A model generated the notes under the pieces. That model was given only the letters and a program-made list of their open reading frames with translations, was not told where the DNA came from and searched no databases. Shown piece after piece: positions 1 through 11,152 of a stretch of DNA of 64,000 nt. The position numbers were made by a program, and so were the translations under genes. This DNA comes from Antedon mediterranea (Eukaryota; Animalia; Echinodermata): the NCBI RefSeq assembly GCF_964355755.1, contig NC_092673.1, positions 16,675,648 through 16,739,647 on the forward strand, written 5' to 3'. The stretch's first letter is position 1. The number at the start of each line of letters is the position of its first letter.

Positions 1-241
1 TTGAAGGTTCGATATATAAAATATATTTGATTTTCTTGTTTGTACTTTTTGGCATGGATACGTTAATTGAAATTCCAGCCGATTTGGTGACGGCATACAA
101 TTGCGTGAGATCGATCTCTGTTCGACCGTCACCCGTCAGCGTTGCACCCCACAAGTCGTCCGTTATCAAGATAGGCTTTGACTTTTCGACAAGTCCACTA
201 GGCAGACTATCCGTAAATCTTTTCCAAGCATCAATCAACAT
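1..241 (-). CDS. Partial hypothetical protein running off the left edge (MLIDAWKRFTDSLPSG...)
   Basis: Manual translation: open minus-strand frame from ATG at 241 to the window edge, divergent from the portal-like ORF. Confidence 0.4.
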   Translation of the reverse strand, partial: MLIDAWKRFTDSLPSGLVEKSKPILITDDLWGATLTGDGRTEIDLTQLYAVTKSAGISINVSMPKSTNKKIKYILYIEPS

Positions 242-372
242 TTTTGTGACCGCTGCTGCTGCTGCTGCTGCTGCTGCTTCTGAAATGTGTGGTTATCGGC
301 AACGAATACTCAAAGTAGTCAATTGTTTGAAAGTGAATCGAATCGGTGGAAATCACATCACCTCTGGCCAAA

Positions 373-1890
373 ATGAATCTTCTGGGCGGGAAAGTAATGC
401 CCCTGACTACGGTTGATAGTAACGTGACCAAAAAGACAGTTGACAGCATTAGAGCATCCATTGATTCAGAGACTCGAGACGCTAACATGTTCCTCGACGC
501 AAAAGACTATGCACGACATGTGTTTGAAAAACGCAAAACATGCATGACGGCCGTCAATGAAGAGTTTAAGAACAAAACGTTTTATCTACTCGACGAAGAG
601 CACGCCAAACTATTGCGTCGAACGTTCGATCAGTTGCCAATGTGCATGTGTATACTCAATAGACTGTGTGCATCCATCTCGGTAAAATCAATGTTTGAAC
701 ATGGAATGCGTGCTAGTGCCGAAGCGATCGTTAGAACGCAGTGCACAACCGTCGAAATACCATCGCCGACTTCATGTACAGTTGCCGTCTTTTGTCAAAC
801 GTACAAGGAATCCATCGAACGTTTCATACGCGACACCATTCGATGTATATGGATCTATGGATTTGTGGTGACGACGTGTGTCGATGGTCGTCCGGTTGCC
901 GTCGACATGGACGAATGTTTAGTATTCAGAGACGACGAAGGTGATCTGTATGCTAGATCGATTAAAAGCCAATCTCGTTTGCGTGTCGTTGTCGTTCATC
1001 GGCCAGGCGTTGACGGTAGAATGCACAGCGCTCTATCAAATCTGCTCGCCAGCTGTGAAAACGTACGTCTCTTGACCGAATATCATTTGGCGGCCGTGCG
1101 CAATTCGGCCACGAACATTATTGTGACCGGTCCTAAAATTCAATCAAAATCTAACGGCATGAATGATGGCGAAGATGACAACAACAACAACAACAACACA
1201 GAAGACTTGGTTACCGGAGCAGCCGTAGCGAATCTGATCAAAGCCAGAACCATGGGCGTTCCAATGGCAACTTCTCTACTGGACGACGTTAACAAAACGA
1301 GCACAGTAGACGAAAAAGAGAAACTTATCGGCGATCTAGTCAGATGCAGAAAGGAGAAGGAAAAGTTGAGAAAGAGTTTTCTTTTCGATAAAAGACGTGA
1401 ACGACACTTGTTACCGGTTATGACGACCGAGGATGTTGGTGACGAGAGAAGTATGTTGGCGTCCAGATTGGATGTAAAAACTCAATCGGGACTCGAACAG
1501 GCATCCGCCTCTCTCGATGTTCTCGTCAGAAACGTTCTATTGGGATCAATACCGGTGTCAGGGGGAGGCGCCGGCAACGTTGCACGCCACGGAACAACGT
1601 CTGCGCTTCCAGCGAAAATGTTACAGCAGATTGTCAGCGATTGTTCGGCATCGTGGCAAGATTTCATCGTCAGTTCACTGCTCGACGATTGGATGAAAGA
1701 ATACGGCGTACCGCTGAAACCGTGGACAAAGAGAGCGTTTGAGGACATTGAAATGATGATGCCCCTTCTGCCCTACTTTCGATCAGGCTGTGGACGGCGT
1801 ATGCTCGCCGAAATGCTCGACGTTTCTGAACATGATTTCACGTCAACTTTTCAGCTTACTACTACTACTACTACTACTTCTTCTTCTTGA
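373..1890 (+). CDS. Putative portal protein (mirusvirus/herpes-like)
   Basis: ~505 aa; segments FIRDTIRCIWIYGFVV...RPVAV and RPGVDGRMHSALSNLL...AAVRNSATNIIVT resemble the mirusvirus portal pattern as recalled; central coiled coil; context with MCP and protease. Confidence 0.5.
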   Translation: MNLLGGKVMPLTTVDSNVTKKTVDSIRASIDSETRDANMFLDAKDYARHVFEKRKTCMTAVNEEFKNKTFYLLDEEHAKLLRRTFDQLPMCMCILNRLCASISVKSMFEHGMRASAEAIVRTQCTTVEIPSPTSCTVAVFCQTYKESIERFIRDTIRCIWIYGFVVTTCVDGRPVAVDMDECLVFRDDEGDLYARSIKSQSRLRVVVVHRPGVDGRMHSALSNLLASCENVRLLTEYHLAAVRNSATNIIVTGPKIQSKSNGMNDGEDDNNNNNNTEDLVTGAAVANLIKARTMGVPMATSLLDDVNKTSTVDEKEKLIGDLVRCRKEKEKLRKSFLFDKRRERHLLPVMTTEDVGDERSMLASRLDVKTQSGLEQASASLDVLVRNVLLGSIPVSGGGAGNVARHGTTSALPAKMLQQIVSDCSASWQDFIVSSLLDDWMKEYGVPLKPWTKRAFEDIEMMMPLLPYFRSGCGRRMLAEMLDVSEHDFTSTFQLTTTTTTTSSS

Positions 1891-3708
1891 TCGTCGAAAG
1901 AGAGAGAATCTGTGTTGTTTCTTTGTGGAATTCAAAACGGATGCATGCAGCACTGTCGGTCGCACTGTACCATCGGGAAAGAGAAGCGGTGCGCACGCAA
2001 CAATAGTACCGTGCTCGAGTTTTATTTTTCTGTTGACAATCTGTATTCGAAATTCGTCGACAGCAGCAGAAGAAGCAGCAGCAGCAGCAACAGACTGTTG
2101 GAAAACAAAAGTGTCTACAATGCCGTTACAGCCGATGCGTTGAACAGTGTTTTCGTGTTTCACCTCGCCTATCCATTCACCGGGCGTAGGATGCAATGGT
2201 GCCGTTGTTTTCACGAACCTTCCCGACGGTACGTGTACAGTGATGACGGTGTTGCCGTGGAACGCTACAATCGTGTTTGCGTCAAAGAACGAATGCACAC
2301 TGGTACGTTTCACATTCTTTTGCTTTTCGTTTTCGTCCATGGAAATTGGATGTCTGAGTAGGACGTTCCACGTTGTTCGGGTACGTCGCAACATCACCAG
2401 AAGATGATCACCCGCTTGATCCACGTACCATGCGCATAGGTCGCGGCCGTGTTGACACGTTGCGTGCGACGTGTACAATTCACCGCCGACGCCCGTATCC
2501 AATGACTGTTCCACGCTCCACGCACCACTATCCAAATCGAACGTTTCAAATTCTTTAGCTCCACCACCGCTTAGTATCAACAAATCTTCGTTCATTCTCG
2601 TCAGGCATACCGATTCGTCTGTACGCTTCGTTGTAGAGTTTTGCAATCTTACGAACGTTCCAACGATGGCATTGTATCGATGAAGACGCATCGTCGCGTT
2701 CTCCTCGTCTGCTGGAGATACTGTGTACGCCAGATTCCGAACTACGGTAGTTCGATAGAACGGTGCCGTCATGAACGAAGCGGTAACGTGTACGTATTCT
2801 TCCAGCTGCTGTTGTGGTATTGATGGTGGTGGAGGTGGCGTTGTTGTTCCGAAAGTGGCAATTTGTCGATGACTGTGACGAACACCCAACGCCGATTGCT
2901 CGTTCAATCGATGATGATGAAACACTTGTTTTACATAATGTCTCAAATCTTGAACCAGTTGATTGATGGAGGAGAGACGTACAAACGCAATTCTGTACAG
3001 CATTTCCGAATCGTTCAGTAATCTGCCTCGTATGAGTTTAACGAGAGCGTGTTGTTTTCTTGGATGTTCCGTTTTGCCGTTTTTGTTAATCCATGTGTGC
3101 ACAAGATGCCAAAGATACGATTCTGGCATATAGTACACACTGTCGTGCGATTTTACTTCTGTCGGCTGATCGTGTCTGGCCGTATCCAGCCAGGTCATCA
3201 ACTCTTCCCACTTGAGTTCCTGTTCGTGCAGTTTAATTTTGCCAAACGTTCTGCAAATGGCCGAGTCGACGACATTCGTCAACGACCAAGATGAAATTCT
3301 GTCGGCGGTTCTTCTGGCTTTCAGCAGATCGTGCATGCACATCTCGTACACGGCAGACGTAAACACGCAGATGGTGTCCTTGCAGCCAATCTTCTCGGCT
3401 ATACTCAAGCAAGAGATTCGATCCTGATAGGAAAGAGTGGCGACAAAGTATGAGTTTCTATTCGTGTTCATGAACGTCAACAACGCGTCAACAAGTTGAT
3501 CGTTTGCCATTCCAATAATGTTTACGCACCCTTTAGGCTTTTTACTCTCGTACGTGGGTATTATCCAAACCATAATCGTTTTGTCTTTCGATGTACATAC
3601 TCGAATCTGTTCAGATCCTTTGTAGCCCAACGTTCTCGGTCGTTGACCGACGTATGCTAGATCTTCACGCGCTTTGTGATGATTGACAAGCAAACGTTTC
3701 TCTTCCAT
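1843..3708 (-). CDS. Hypothetical viral protein, beta-rich (propeller-like) C-terminal half
   Basis: Long ORF (~620 aa from MEEKR); no diagnostic motif. Confidence 0.6.
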   Translation of the reverse strand: MEEKRLLVNHHKAREDLAYVGQRPRTLGYKGSEQIRVCTSKDKTIMVWIIPTYESKKPKGCVNIIGMANDQLVDALLTFMNTNRNSYFVATLSYQDRISCLSIAEKIGCKDTICVFTSAVYEMCMHDLLKARRTADRISSWSLTNVVDSAICRTFGKIKLHEQELKWEELMTWLDTARHDQPTEVKSHDSVYYMPESYLWHLVHTWINKNGKTEHPRKQHALVKLIRGRLLNDSEMLYRIAFVRLSSINQLVQDLRHYVKQVFHHHRLNEQSALGVRHSHRQIATFGTTTPPPPPSIPQQQLEEYVHVTASFMTAPFYRTTVVRNLAYTVSPADEENATMRLHRYNAIVGTFVRLQNSTTKRTDESVCLTRMNEDLLILSGGGAKEFETFDLDSGAWSVEQSLDTGVGGELYTSHATCQHGRDLCAWYVDQAGDHLLVMLRRTRTTWNVLLRHPISMDENEKQKNVKRTSVHSFFDANTIVAFHGNTVITVHVPSGRFVKTTAPLHPTPGEWIGEVKHENTVQRIGCNGIVDTFVFQQSVAAAAASSAAVDEFRIQIVNRKIKLEHGTIVACAPLLFPDGTVRPTVLHASVLNSTKKQHRFSLFRRSRRRSSSSSSSKLKS

Positions 3709-3772
3709 CTTGTTGTTAACGTCCCGGTTTTCTTTGTTTGTTTTCGTAAAACACACACACACACAAATAATA

Positions 3773-4759
3773 ATGGTATCACGATTCCATCCTTACGCCG
3801 CCGGTGATGGTATTAGATGGTACACGGGCATACAGCCAAATTCACCGATCAAAGCGACAGAACGTCGTGGCGAGTACAGACTCGATGAGACAGACATGAC
3901 GGCCGGTACGTCGCGTATACCAAATTTCGGCGATAGAAGAAACTTTATGTATCCAACGTCAACTCACGCACAAAAGGATACGGACGGTGTTCGTGACATA
4001 ACAACGTATCACGAATTCTTCAACAGATCCATTCAATTCAATCGAGGCGATATGCTGTTTCTTTACAACGGTCAAAGGAAAATGTCTACTGCAACACCGG
4101 CTCCTGTAAACTGTTACGCGTTACCCGAACCCAGTTTTAAAGCGAGTACGGACAAGGCAACGGTGCCGTTGCCTCACCTCCAAAACATCATCAAAGAAGA
4201 GGTTACACTCGACATCAACGACTGTTTCGATCGCGACGTGCCGCACAACGAATACATCAAAACGGTGTGTCAACGACGTGGATTCGACAGCTTTGGAGCC
4301 GTACTGGCACGCATGAAAACTCCTAGAGATTTCCTCTCTTACTTTCTGCCTATCGGCTATCAGCTTTCTTTCGGTGGCAATCAATGGTTTACGAACGAAT
4401 CGTATCCGTGCATAACAACGCAACATTTCGGTAAGATGATTACAACACTGTCTGGAGTTCACGAATCGTGTCGATTGAATGCAAAAGCGGGTACTAAACT
4501 GTACTTGGCCGTAGGCATGCTACCCGGAGTAACCGACGCTCTTAACTATCCATATCCTTCGCTGTTTTTTAGCAACGATCATTATATTCCCAATCAACTA
4601 AAGTCTATGGGATTTGTTTGTCGATCGAGAAACGGTTGTGTGACGCCGTGTATGGTGAAAGCCATCGGAGAGTTTGCTACCGATTTCTACGGTAACGTTC
4701 GCAGTCCCGAGATTGAACTGTTTATGAACAGATACTTTCGACCGTATCACTTTTCTTGA
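3773..4759 (+). CDS. Putative capsid triplex protein (second triplex candidate)
   Basis: ~328 aa; FLPIGYQ...ITTQHFGK...AGTKLYLAV resembles mirusvirus triplex pattern; (CA)n tract directly upstream of ATG. Confidence 0.35.
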   Translation: MVSRFHPYAAGDGIRWYTGIQPNSPIKATERRGEYRLDETDMTAGTSRIPNFGDRRNFMYPTSTHAQKDTDGVRDITTYHEFFNRSIQFNRGDMLFLYNGQRKMSTATPAPVNCYALPEPSFKASTDKATVPLPHLQNIIKEEVTLDINDCFDRDVPHNEYIKTVCQRRGFDSFGAVLARMKTPRDFLSYFLPIGYQLSFGGNQWFTNESYPCITTQHFGKMITTLSGVHESCRLNAKAGTKLYLAVGMLPGVTDALNYPYPSLFFSNDHYIPNQLKSMGFVCRSRNGCVTPCMVKAIGEFATDFYGNVRSPEIELFMNRYFRPYHFS

Positions 4760-4836
4760 CGCGACACACACACACACACACACACTATATAATAACGTGT
4801 CAGAGCAAAAAAAAAAATCATTCAGATTCGTTCGGT

Positions 4837-5478
4837 ATGGGAAAGTCAAAGGATATGATTGCGGAATTGAAACAGGAACTTGAAGCTATGCAAGTTGATA
4901 AGTTGAGTATGTTACAAGAACAAGATCGACTGAGAGGAAGAGTAATCGCTGCCGAAAAGTACGCCAACTCGTTACCGCAAAACATGTACAAAGACTTGAC
5001 ACATGCCGCCATGGACGCGCATAGGGATGTGGTAAAGGAGGAGACACAACGATACGAGATAGACAGCCTAAAGGCAAGACTCGCTGAAATGACTGTGAAG
5101 TATGAACAGTTGCGAAGGAAACTGCCCGAAACTTTGGAATTATGTTCCAAATACAAGGGGGCGACCGAGATGATCAAACTTTTAAAAATTCAATGTGAAA
5201 TCAACAAACAAGACTTTATGAAGGAGCAAGCGGATCGTCAAATGTTGGCCAGAAGAGCAAACTTACCGTACAAACAAACCGTTACAGAAGTCATACGAAA
5301 GCTGAATCTATTGATCGGACAGGATTATGTTGATGGTGATCTTGAAACAGACTGTGCCGACGTCAATCAAATAGAAGCAAATGTTTGTCATGCAATTGAA
5401 CCGGTGCAGTTTCCTGAAGATCCATTACTAGACACGTGCGATCAACTGATGGCCGAATACGGAGCAACGGTGGTGTGA
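4837..5478 (+). CDS. Coiled-coil hypothetical protein
   Basis: Heptad-rich ORF followed by AATAAA near 5520. Confidence 0.6.
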   Translation: MGKSKDMIAELKQELEAMQVDKLSMLQEQDRLRGRVIAAEKYANSLPQNMYKDLTHAAMDAHRDVVKEETQRYEIDSLKARLAEMTVKYEQLRRKLPETLELCSKYKGATEMIKLLKIQCEINKQDFMKEQADRQMLARRANLPYKQTVTEVIRKLNLLIGQDYVDGDLETDCADVNQIEANVCHAIEPVQFPEDPLLDTCDQLMAEYGATVV

Positions 5479-6280
5479 AACAATTGTGTAAAATGTCATG
5501 TATAACATAAGAAAGTAAAAATAAATGCACCACAAACCTTAATGTCTTCTTCTTATTTCATTACTGTGCGCGTGTGTTTGTAATATCGATGACAGCTAGT
5601 AGTACTGTAAACGATACAAATAACAACGGCCAGAGAAGCAAAAACGTAAATTATCTGAGTGGACGTTGATGATGGTAACAAACTATGTAATACACATGAC
5701 CGACAAAAACGTAAGTGGTATTAAAAAAAAACCAGTAGTAACTACTGAATACTTAGTTGGTGCTCAAATACCGATGATGATGATGATAATAATTATAAAG
5801 AATTGGTTGAGGCACATGTTTGTTTTTGTTTTTTATTATTCCACTACCAATTAAAAAATACACAACAATTGGTCTGCGTTTTCTCTTCACCTTTATTTCG
5901 AACGGTTTGTTTGTTGGCCTTCACTACACTTAACTACAGTTAAAGCCGCTGATGAGCCCGCGACGACGTTGTTTCTTTCCAACGTAAGCAAACTCGTGAA
6001 ACTGTGCTGCCGTGAGTTAACAAAATCTGCCCCATGTCGAATGGATTTAAATTTTCTGGTAGTTAGAACAACGATCGAATTGATCCAAGACGGATATCTT
6101 GATGGTTTTAGATGTTCAGTGCGTACAAATTCATTTCCTTCACAACAGAGAAAAAATAAAACGATTTCAACTAACGTGCTTTCTGCATCTCGAGTACATT
6201 TTATTATGCGGTAGATTGTCTGTGTATGAATACAATGAATGTATATTGAACTCATAGTATTGCAAGTGCTCGTGTGTAAA

Positions 6281-6727
6281 TTAAGCGTTTATTTGCTCAA
6301 TCTCTTTGGCAAGTTTTTGTGTATCCTGACACACGGTTCTATACGTTTTAAAATCACTCGGTGACGGTACTTCGTCTTCCATCATCACCGTATCCGCCAT
6401 GAATCTCTCTAAACGTCTGCAAATCAACAATTGCTCTTCACACACTCGACGATAGCTGGGTATAATGTGCTGATCGAAATGAAGACGAACCTCGTCCAAC
6501 GTGATATCGTTCATTGATGTGTCTATTGTAGCTATGCTGGTTGTGATACTCTGAAGGATCTCTTTTTGATTTCTACCGCCGTACTTTTCGAATATGTGCT
6601 CACCGTGCAACACGGGATGATAGTTTTGTGAACTAGGATCATTGTTGCAAAATTGTCTCTGCTTACTGTCAACGTCATACGAGCACAGTCTACACCCTGC
6701 TGCCATCACGGATGTTGCATCATACAT
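6281..6727 (-). CDS. Hypothetical protein with CxxC...HxxxH (possible Zn binding)
   Basis: ORF from MYDATS, preceded by (GT)n tract; CRLC and HFDQH. Confidence 0.55.
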   Translation of the reverse strand: MYDATSVMAAGCRLCSYDVDSKQRQFCNNDPSSQNYHPVLHGEHIFEKYGGRNQKEILQSITTSIATIDTSMNDITLDEVRLHFDQHIIPSYRRVCEEQLLICRRLERFMADTVMMEDEVPSPSDFKTYRTVCQDTQKLAKEIEQINA

Positions 6728-6788
6728 ACACACACACACACACACACATATATAGTATGTATATTTTATTTTTGTCAAGCAAAACACT

Positions 6789-7043
6789 ATGAAGGACCTA
6801 TCGATAGATTTTCTTTTTTGCTACGAAGATCCGCACGGTCTTCTCGAGTTCGAGGACGATTTTCTTTTTTGCAACGAGGATGCGCACGGTCTTCTCGAGT
6901 TCGAGGACGATTTTCTTTTTTGCTACGAGGATCCGCACGGTCTTCTTGAGTTCGAAGACGAATTTCTTTTTTGCTACGAGGATCCGCATTGTTTGGGGTA
7001 CGAGGACGAATTTTCTATTTTGTTACGAGGAGGCTATTTGTAG
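6789..7043 (+). CDS. Small acidic protein built from 17-aa repeats (DFLFCYEDPHGLLEFED)
   Basis: 51-bp tandem repeats starting at 6807, 6858, 6909, 6960 plus a partial copy; frame preserved. Confidence 0.45.
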   Translation: MKDLSIDFLFCYEDPHGLLEFEDDFLFCNEDAHGLLEFEDDFLFCYEDPHGLLEFEDEFLFCYEDPHCLGYEDEFSILLRGGYL

Positions 7044-7102
7044 TACTTAAAAAGAGGCAATGAGATGACATTAGTTAGTTGATTACGCATCGTCGTATAG
7101 AG

Positions 7103-8074
7103 ATGCTGTTCGTTTGGGATAGAAATATGGCAGAATTAACAGATCTCTTTCAATGCGAATATTGTTTACGGACATGGGAAGGAAACGGTCAATGTCCTTG
7201 TTGCAACTATATAGTGACTGAAATGCAGTACGACGCTGGTGATGAAGAAAGTTTACATGCCGGGGAATGTCATGATGATGATGGTGAGATGACAAGAAGA
7301 TTGTACAATATTGATTTTCCAATTGATAACGATAGTATAAAGGTGCTGTTTGTTGAGGAAGAGAAGAAAAATAGCTATATGGCAGAATTGACAGATCACT
7401 TTCAATGCGAATATTGTTTACAGGCATGGGACGGAAACGGTCAATGTCCTTGTTGCAACTATATAGTGACTGAAATGCAGTACGACGCTGGTGATGAAGA
7501 AAGTTTACATGCCGGGGAATGTCATGATGATGATGGTGAGATGACAAGAAGATTGTACAATATTGATTTGCCAATTGATAACGATAGTATAAAGGTGCTG
7601 TTCGTTGAGGAAGAGAAGAAAAATAGCTATATGGCAGAATTGACAGATCACTTTCAATGCGAACACTGTTTACAGACATGGGACGGAAACGGTCAATGTC
7701 CTTGTTGGTACACGCGCAACGATACAGTGACTGAAATACAATACGAAAACGATCCAGTGTTGCAGTACAATAATGAAGAATGTTTACATGCCGACAACGC
7801 CCGGGAATATCATGATGATGATGATGACATCGTTGATCATGAGATAACAAGAAAGTTGAACCATATCGATTTGGATCCAATGTTATGCGAAGAAACGTAT
7901 AGTAGTAATACATCGAATGACCAATCGATTACCGATTCGCCAATAATCTTTGTTGATTCACCACAATCGTCAGCGACGGTGGTAAGCGACGAAGAAGACC
8001 ATTTGATTACGTGTGACGCGTGCATGAACGTATGGGATGGATTCTCTCAGTGTCCGTGTCTACCTACTACCTAG
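7103..8074 (+). CDS. Acidic protein with four CxxCxxxW(D/E)GxxQCPC Zn-binding motifs, expanded by 252-bp tandem duplication
   Basis: Repeat units begin at ATG 7127, 7379 and 7631; fourth motif at the C-terminus (CDACMNVWDGFSQCPC). Confidence 0.7.
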   Translation: MLFVWDRNMAELTDLFQCEYCLRTWEGNGQCPCCNYIVTEMQYDAGDEESLHAGECHDDDGEMTRRLYNIDFPIDNDSIKVLFVEEEKKNSYMAELTDHFQCEYCLQAWDGNGQCPCCNYIVTEMQYDAGDEESLHAGECHDDDGEMTRRLYNIDLPIDNDSIKVLFVEEEKKNSYMAELTDHFQCEHCLQTWDGNGQCPCWYTRNDTVTEIQYENDPVLQYNNEECLHADNAREYHDDDDDIVDHEITRKLNHIDLDPMLCEETYSSNTSNDQSITDSPIIFVDSPQSSATVVSDEEDHLITCDACMNVWDGFSQCPCLPTT

Positions 8075-8358
8075 CACGTTTAAACTTACTGTTGCCTTTA
8101 CACAATAGAACTACGAACATGTTTGCCGTTACGACGACTGTGTTACTCAATAGTTGGTACGTATATTGGAATCATCGATGTGCTGCTGTTTGTTTTTTTT
8201 TTTTTATATATAGTGATTGTGAAGAATTGATAACGGGTATAAACGCTAGAGATCTTGAAACTGTGTTTTCATGATCTATCTATTACACATGTTGTTTATC
8301 GGATTGTTTACTTTGATTCATGAATTGAAACAAATCTTTTACCATAATCTAAATTAAA

Positions 8359-8430
<72 letters not shown>
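8359..8430. repeat. (TAG)24 microsatellite between convergent genes
   Basis: Read directly; followed by AATAAA. Confidence 0.95.
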
Positions 8431-8432
<2 letters not shown>

Positions 8433-8537
8433 ACAAATAAAACCAAAAGCAAAGACGTGCGTTACATTGTGTTTTTTTTTTATAATGACTCTTGGACGAA
8501 CAAAATAAATTAAAAAAAAAAGCTACAATAAATCGTT

Positions 8538-9476
8538 TTATATATTTTTTTTAATAATTCTTCTCATGATTCTCTTAGACAATAATGAATTACACGACCG
8601 CGTGAAGCACGAGGTGAGGCCTCTATCGATCGTTTCTCCATTCTTCTCAATGTGTATCACCGAAATGAGTGAAATGAGAAGATTTATTGGAATACGTTCG
8701 ATGGGTACTCGTCTGTCGAAAAACATGCAGCACGTCCACTTTAACCGTTCATCTTCACGTTCGTAAAGTACAAGTTGATCGTGTTGCTTCAATCGACAAT
8801 CGTTCCAATTGAATGTCCACGAAATAGGCTCCGATTGAATTGTGACGACGTTCCTTTTTGTCTTGACCGTTCGGTTATAGATTCCACATGATCGTCGAAA
8901 CGACTGCACGATACCCGTCTCTGCTTCGGTCTCAAGAACCAACGGTTTCAGTAACGCTTTAACAAACTCGTCGGCTCTACCACCTTTTCCCCAATCTCTC
9001 AACACTCTTCCCACCAGCGTTATACTCGTTCGTATGCGTGCGTTATACGTTGACTGTGCGACGTTGAACAAATGCATGTGGATGGCTGGTACGAAGGAGA
9101 CAAAGAGACGATCGAAACACTTTATCGACGCCAAGTTATGTTTGTGTGCATGACTTCTGAAATCGGTGAGTACACGAACGCGATCGTTCAGTCTGTTCCA
9201 TAGACGATTCATAACGACAGATTCCAGGAACGGATAGGGATCGTAGCCGACTCTTTCTATTTCTCTTGCTCTTCGAACTACTCCATCGCTCGTCTGGAAC
9301 GTTGGAAATTTAATCCAATTGAGTCGTGGTGGTGTTGGTAAAAGTACAGGCACCGTTTGAAATGTGACTAAAGACTCGTAAACGTACACCATATCGTTAC
9401 GTTTGCAAGCGACGATTCTGTGCTGGTAATATTCGCGTTCTATTGCATCCGCGTCCAGATAGTATTCTGACAGCAT
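8538..9476 (-). CDS. Hypothetical protein
   Basis: 312-aa ORF whose ATG overlaps the ATG of the divergent gene (CATG at 9474-9477). Confidence 0.6.
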   Translation of the reverse strand: MLSEYYLDADAIEREYYQHRIVACKRNDMVYVYESLVTFQTVPVLLPTPPRLNWIKFPTFQTSDGVVRRAREIERVGYDPYPFLESVVMNRLWNRLNDRVRVLTDFRSHAHKHNLASIKCFDRLFVSFVPAIHMHLFNVAQSTYNARIRTSITLVGRVLRDWGKGGRADEFVKALLKPLVLETEAETGIVQSFRRSCGIYNRTVKTKRNVVTIQSEPISWTFNWNDCRLKQHDQLVLYEREDERLKWTCCMFFDRRVPIERIPINLLISLISVIHIEKNGETIDRGLTSCFTRSCNSLLSKRIMRRIIKKNI

Positions 9477-9987
9477 GTCGTTAGAAAAGTACTTGGAGTG
9501 GAGACGCTACTGGACGTTTGACAGTGACTTTTCTGACGCCTGCGATCGTGACGAGAATGTAATCGATAGAGTCGATGTTCGTGGTTATATGGCCATGCAG
9601 GATGAATTCGACGTACTATGCAAAAGATCAACGTGCGAAGCTTGGCGAATTGCCAGTGAACATTGCGACTACACGTTTCACATTATTCGCGACAAGGTAG
9701 TTGCGGAGGAATTGGTAACAGACGGTGGTGGTGGTGGTGGTGGTGGTATAGTAGACGTTCCTCTTCTTCTCTATCCAAGATTTGAATTTGGAGGAGGAGT
9801 AGGAGGAGGAGGAGGAGGTTCACATGTAGACCACATACTCGTTCCTAGGGCTCTTATAAAACAGTTGCGAAAGGCATGGATCATGATCAATTTAGATTTG
9901 ATTATAGAGTACAATATACTGGCAAAAGAGAGCAGTGTGAAAATAGCAAAATTTATTTATGGACTACAGTTGTTACCAGGACACTGA
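9475..9987 (+). CDS. Hypothetical protein with poly-Gly tracts
   Basis: 170-aa ORF overlapping the primase start. Confidence 0.55.
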   Translation: MSLEKYLEWRRYWTFDSDFSDACDRDENVIDRVDVRGYMAMQDEFDVLCKRSTCEAWRIASEHCDYTFHIIRDKVVAEELVTDGGGGGGGGIVDVPLLLYPRFEFGGGVGGGGGGSHVDHILVPRALIKQLRKAWIMINLDLIIEYNILAKESSVKIAKFIYGLQLLPGH

Positions 9988-10711
9988 TGATGATGATACG
10001 ATCGTCGATCGCTTCACTCATCAGAACGGCATTCAACAGCGTATCGTCAACTATTACAACACAGATCGATTCGCATCCGTCGGTCTGCTGGCCAGTCACG
10101 CTAAACTTCCTCGTGCCTATACCGTGGCACAGACGTACGCCCGGTGTCAACCTCCTCCAGCCAGTAGGGACGTTGGAGCGTGGACTTGTTTCGCTCTCGA
10201 TGTACCTAGACGCATATCCGTGTTGGCATCTCAGATGTGCCAAGCGGGCAGCGGCAGTAGAAGTTTTGTGGTTGCGTCACCGACCGCACTAGAGCGTAGT
10301 ATTCAATCATGCTCCGTGTCGTCGTACAGCGAAGTGTTTAACGAAAACCTCCACATTCACAACATACCGATCGACATCGACGATGCAAACAGACCTCAGT
10401 GCAGCGATGAATCTGCCCTGAGAACGGCCGAAAGCATCAAGCGTGCACTTTCGGCCGAGCTCGGCCATTTGCCCGACAATCCACACGTATACTCGAGCCA
10501 AGGAAGCGACAAGTTTTCTTTACACGTATACCAACGTTTACCGAGACCGATTGAAAACATTGACGTTCTCTCGTCCATGATGACAGCTTTGTGCAAAGTC
10601 TATCCGGAGATGAGATGCGTCGATCTGTCCATTTACGCCGGTGGTAGATCGTTGCGTTTGCCGGGATGTTACAAAATCTCATCGAAACCTATTAAACTTT
10701 TGCGTCGTGTA

Positions 10712-10752
<41 letters not shown>

Positions 10753-11152
10753 AGGCGTCGATGTTCGTCGAGCATTGGCGCACTACTGCTCCGACAGCGT
10801 TTGTCAAACACCATACGATCTGTCACATTTGGTAAAAAAGCCAAAGAAAGATGTATCAACAACAACAACCACCACCGAAGAAGTTTTGTCCGAAGAGCAG
10901 TTGAGAAATATTGTGGACGACGTGCAACGTGTCACCGGCATGGAAATAACGCGAACGACGAGACGAGGCAATCGTTTCTTCTTTGACACCAATGAAAGTT
11001 TCTGCCAAATGTCAGGTCGATGTCATCGTTCATCCAGACAGAAATTGCAATATACCTTGCGTTCAGGTTATGTGAGAAGGGAATGTTGGTCGTCGAAATG
11101 TGCTCACAAATTCTTGGACGTTGTCTGCGACACGACACGACCGTCAACGTAG
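9959..11152 (+). CDS. Archaeo-eukaryotic primase (PrimPol/herpes UL52-like) with C-terminal Zn finger
   Basis: Motif I IDID, motif II KFSLHVY, motif III VDLSIYAGGRSLRLPGCYK; Zn finger C..GRCHRSS...CWSSKC. Confidence 0.9.

Noticed and set aside
6807-7030. 51-bp repeats as a CRISPR array
   Set aside because: No unique spacers; consistent with a coding tandem repeat
9475-11152. Frameshifted single long primase gene
   Set aside because: The downstream ORF has its own ATG and all AEP motifs; short overlaps are common in this genome and no slippery site is evident
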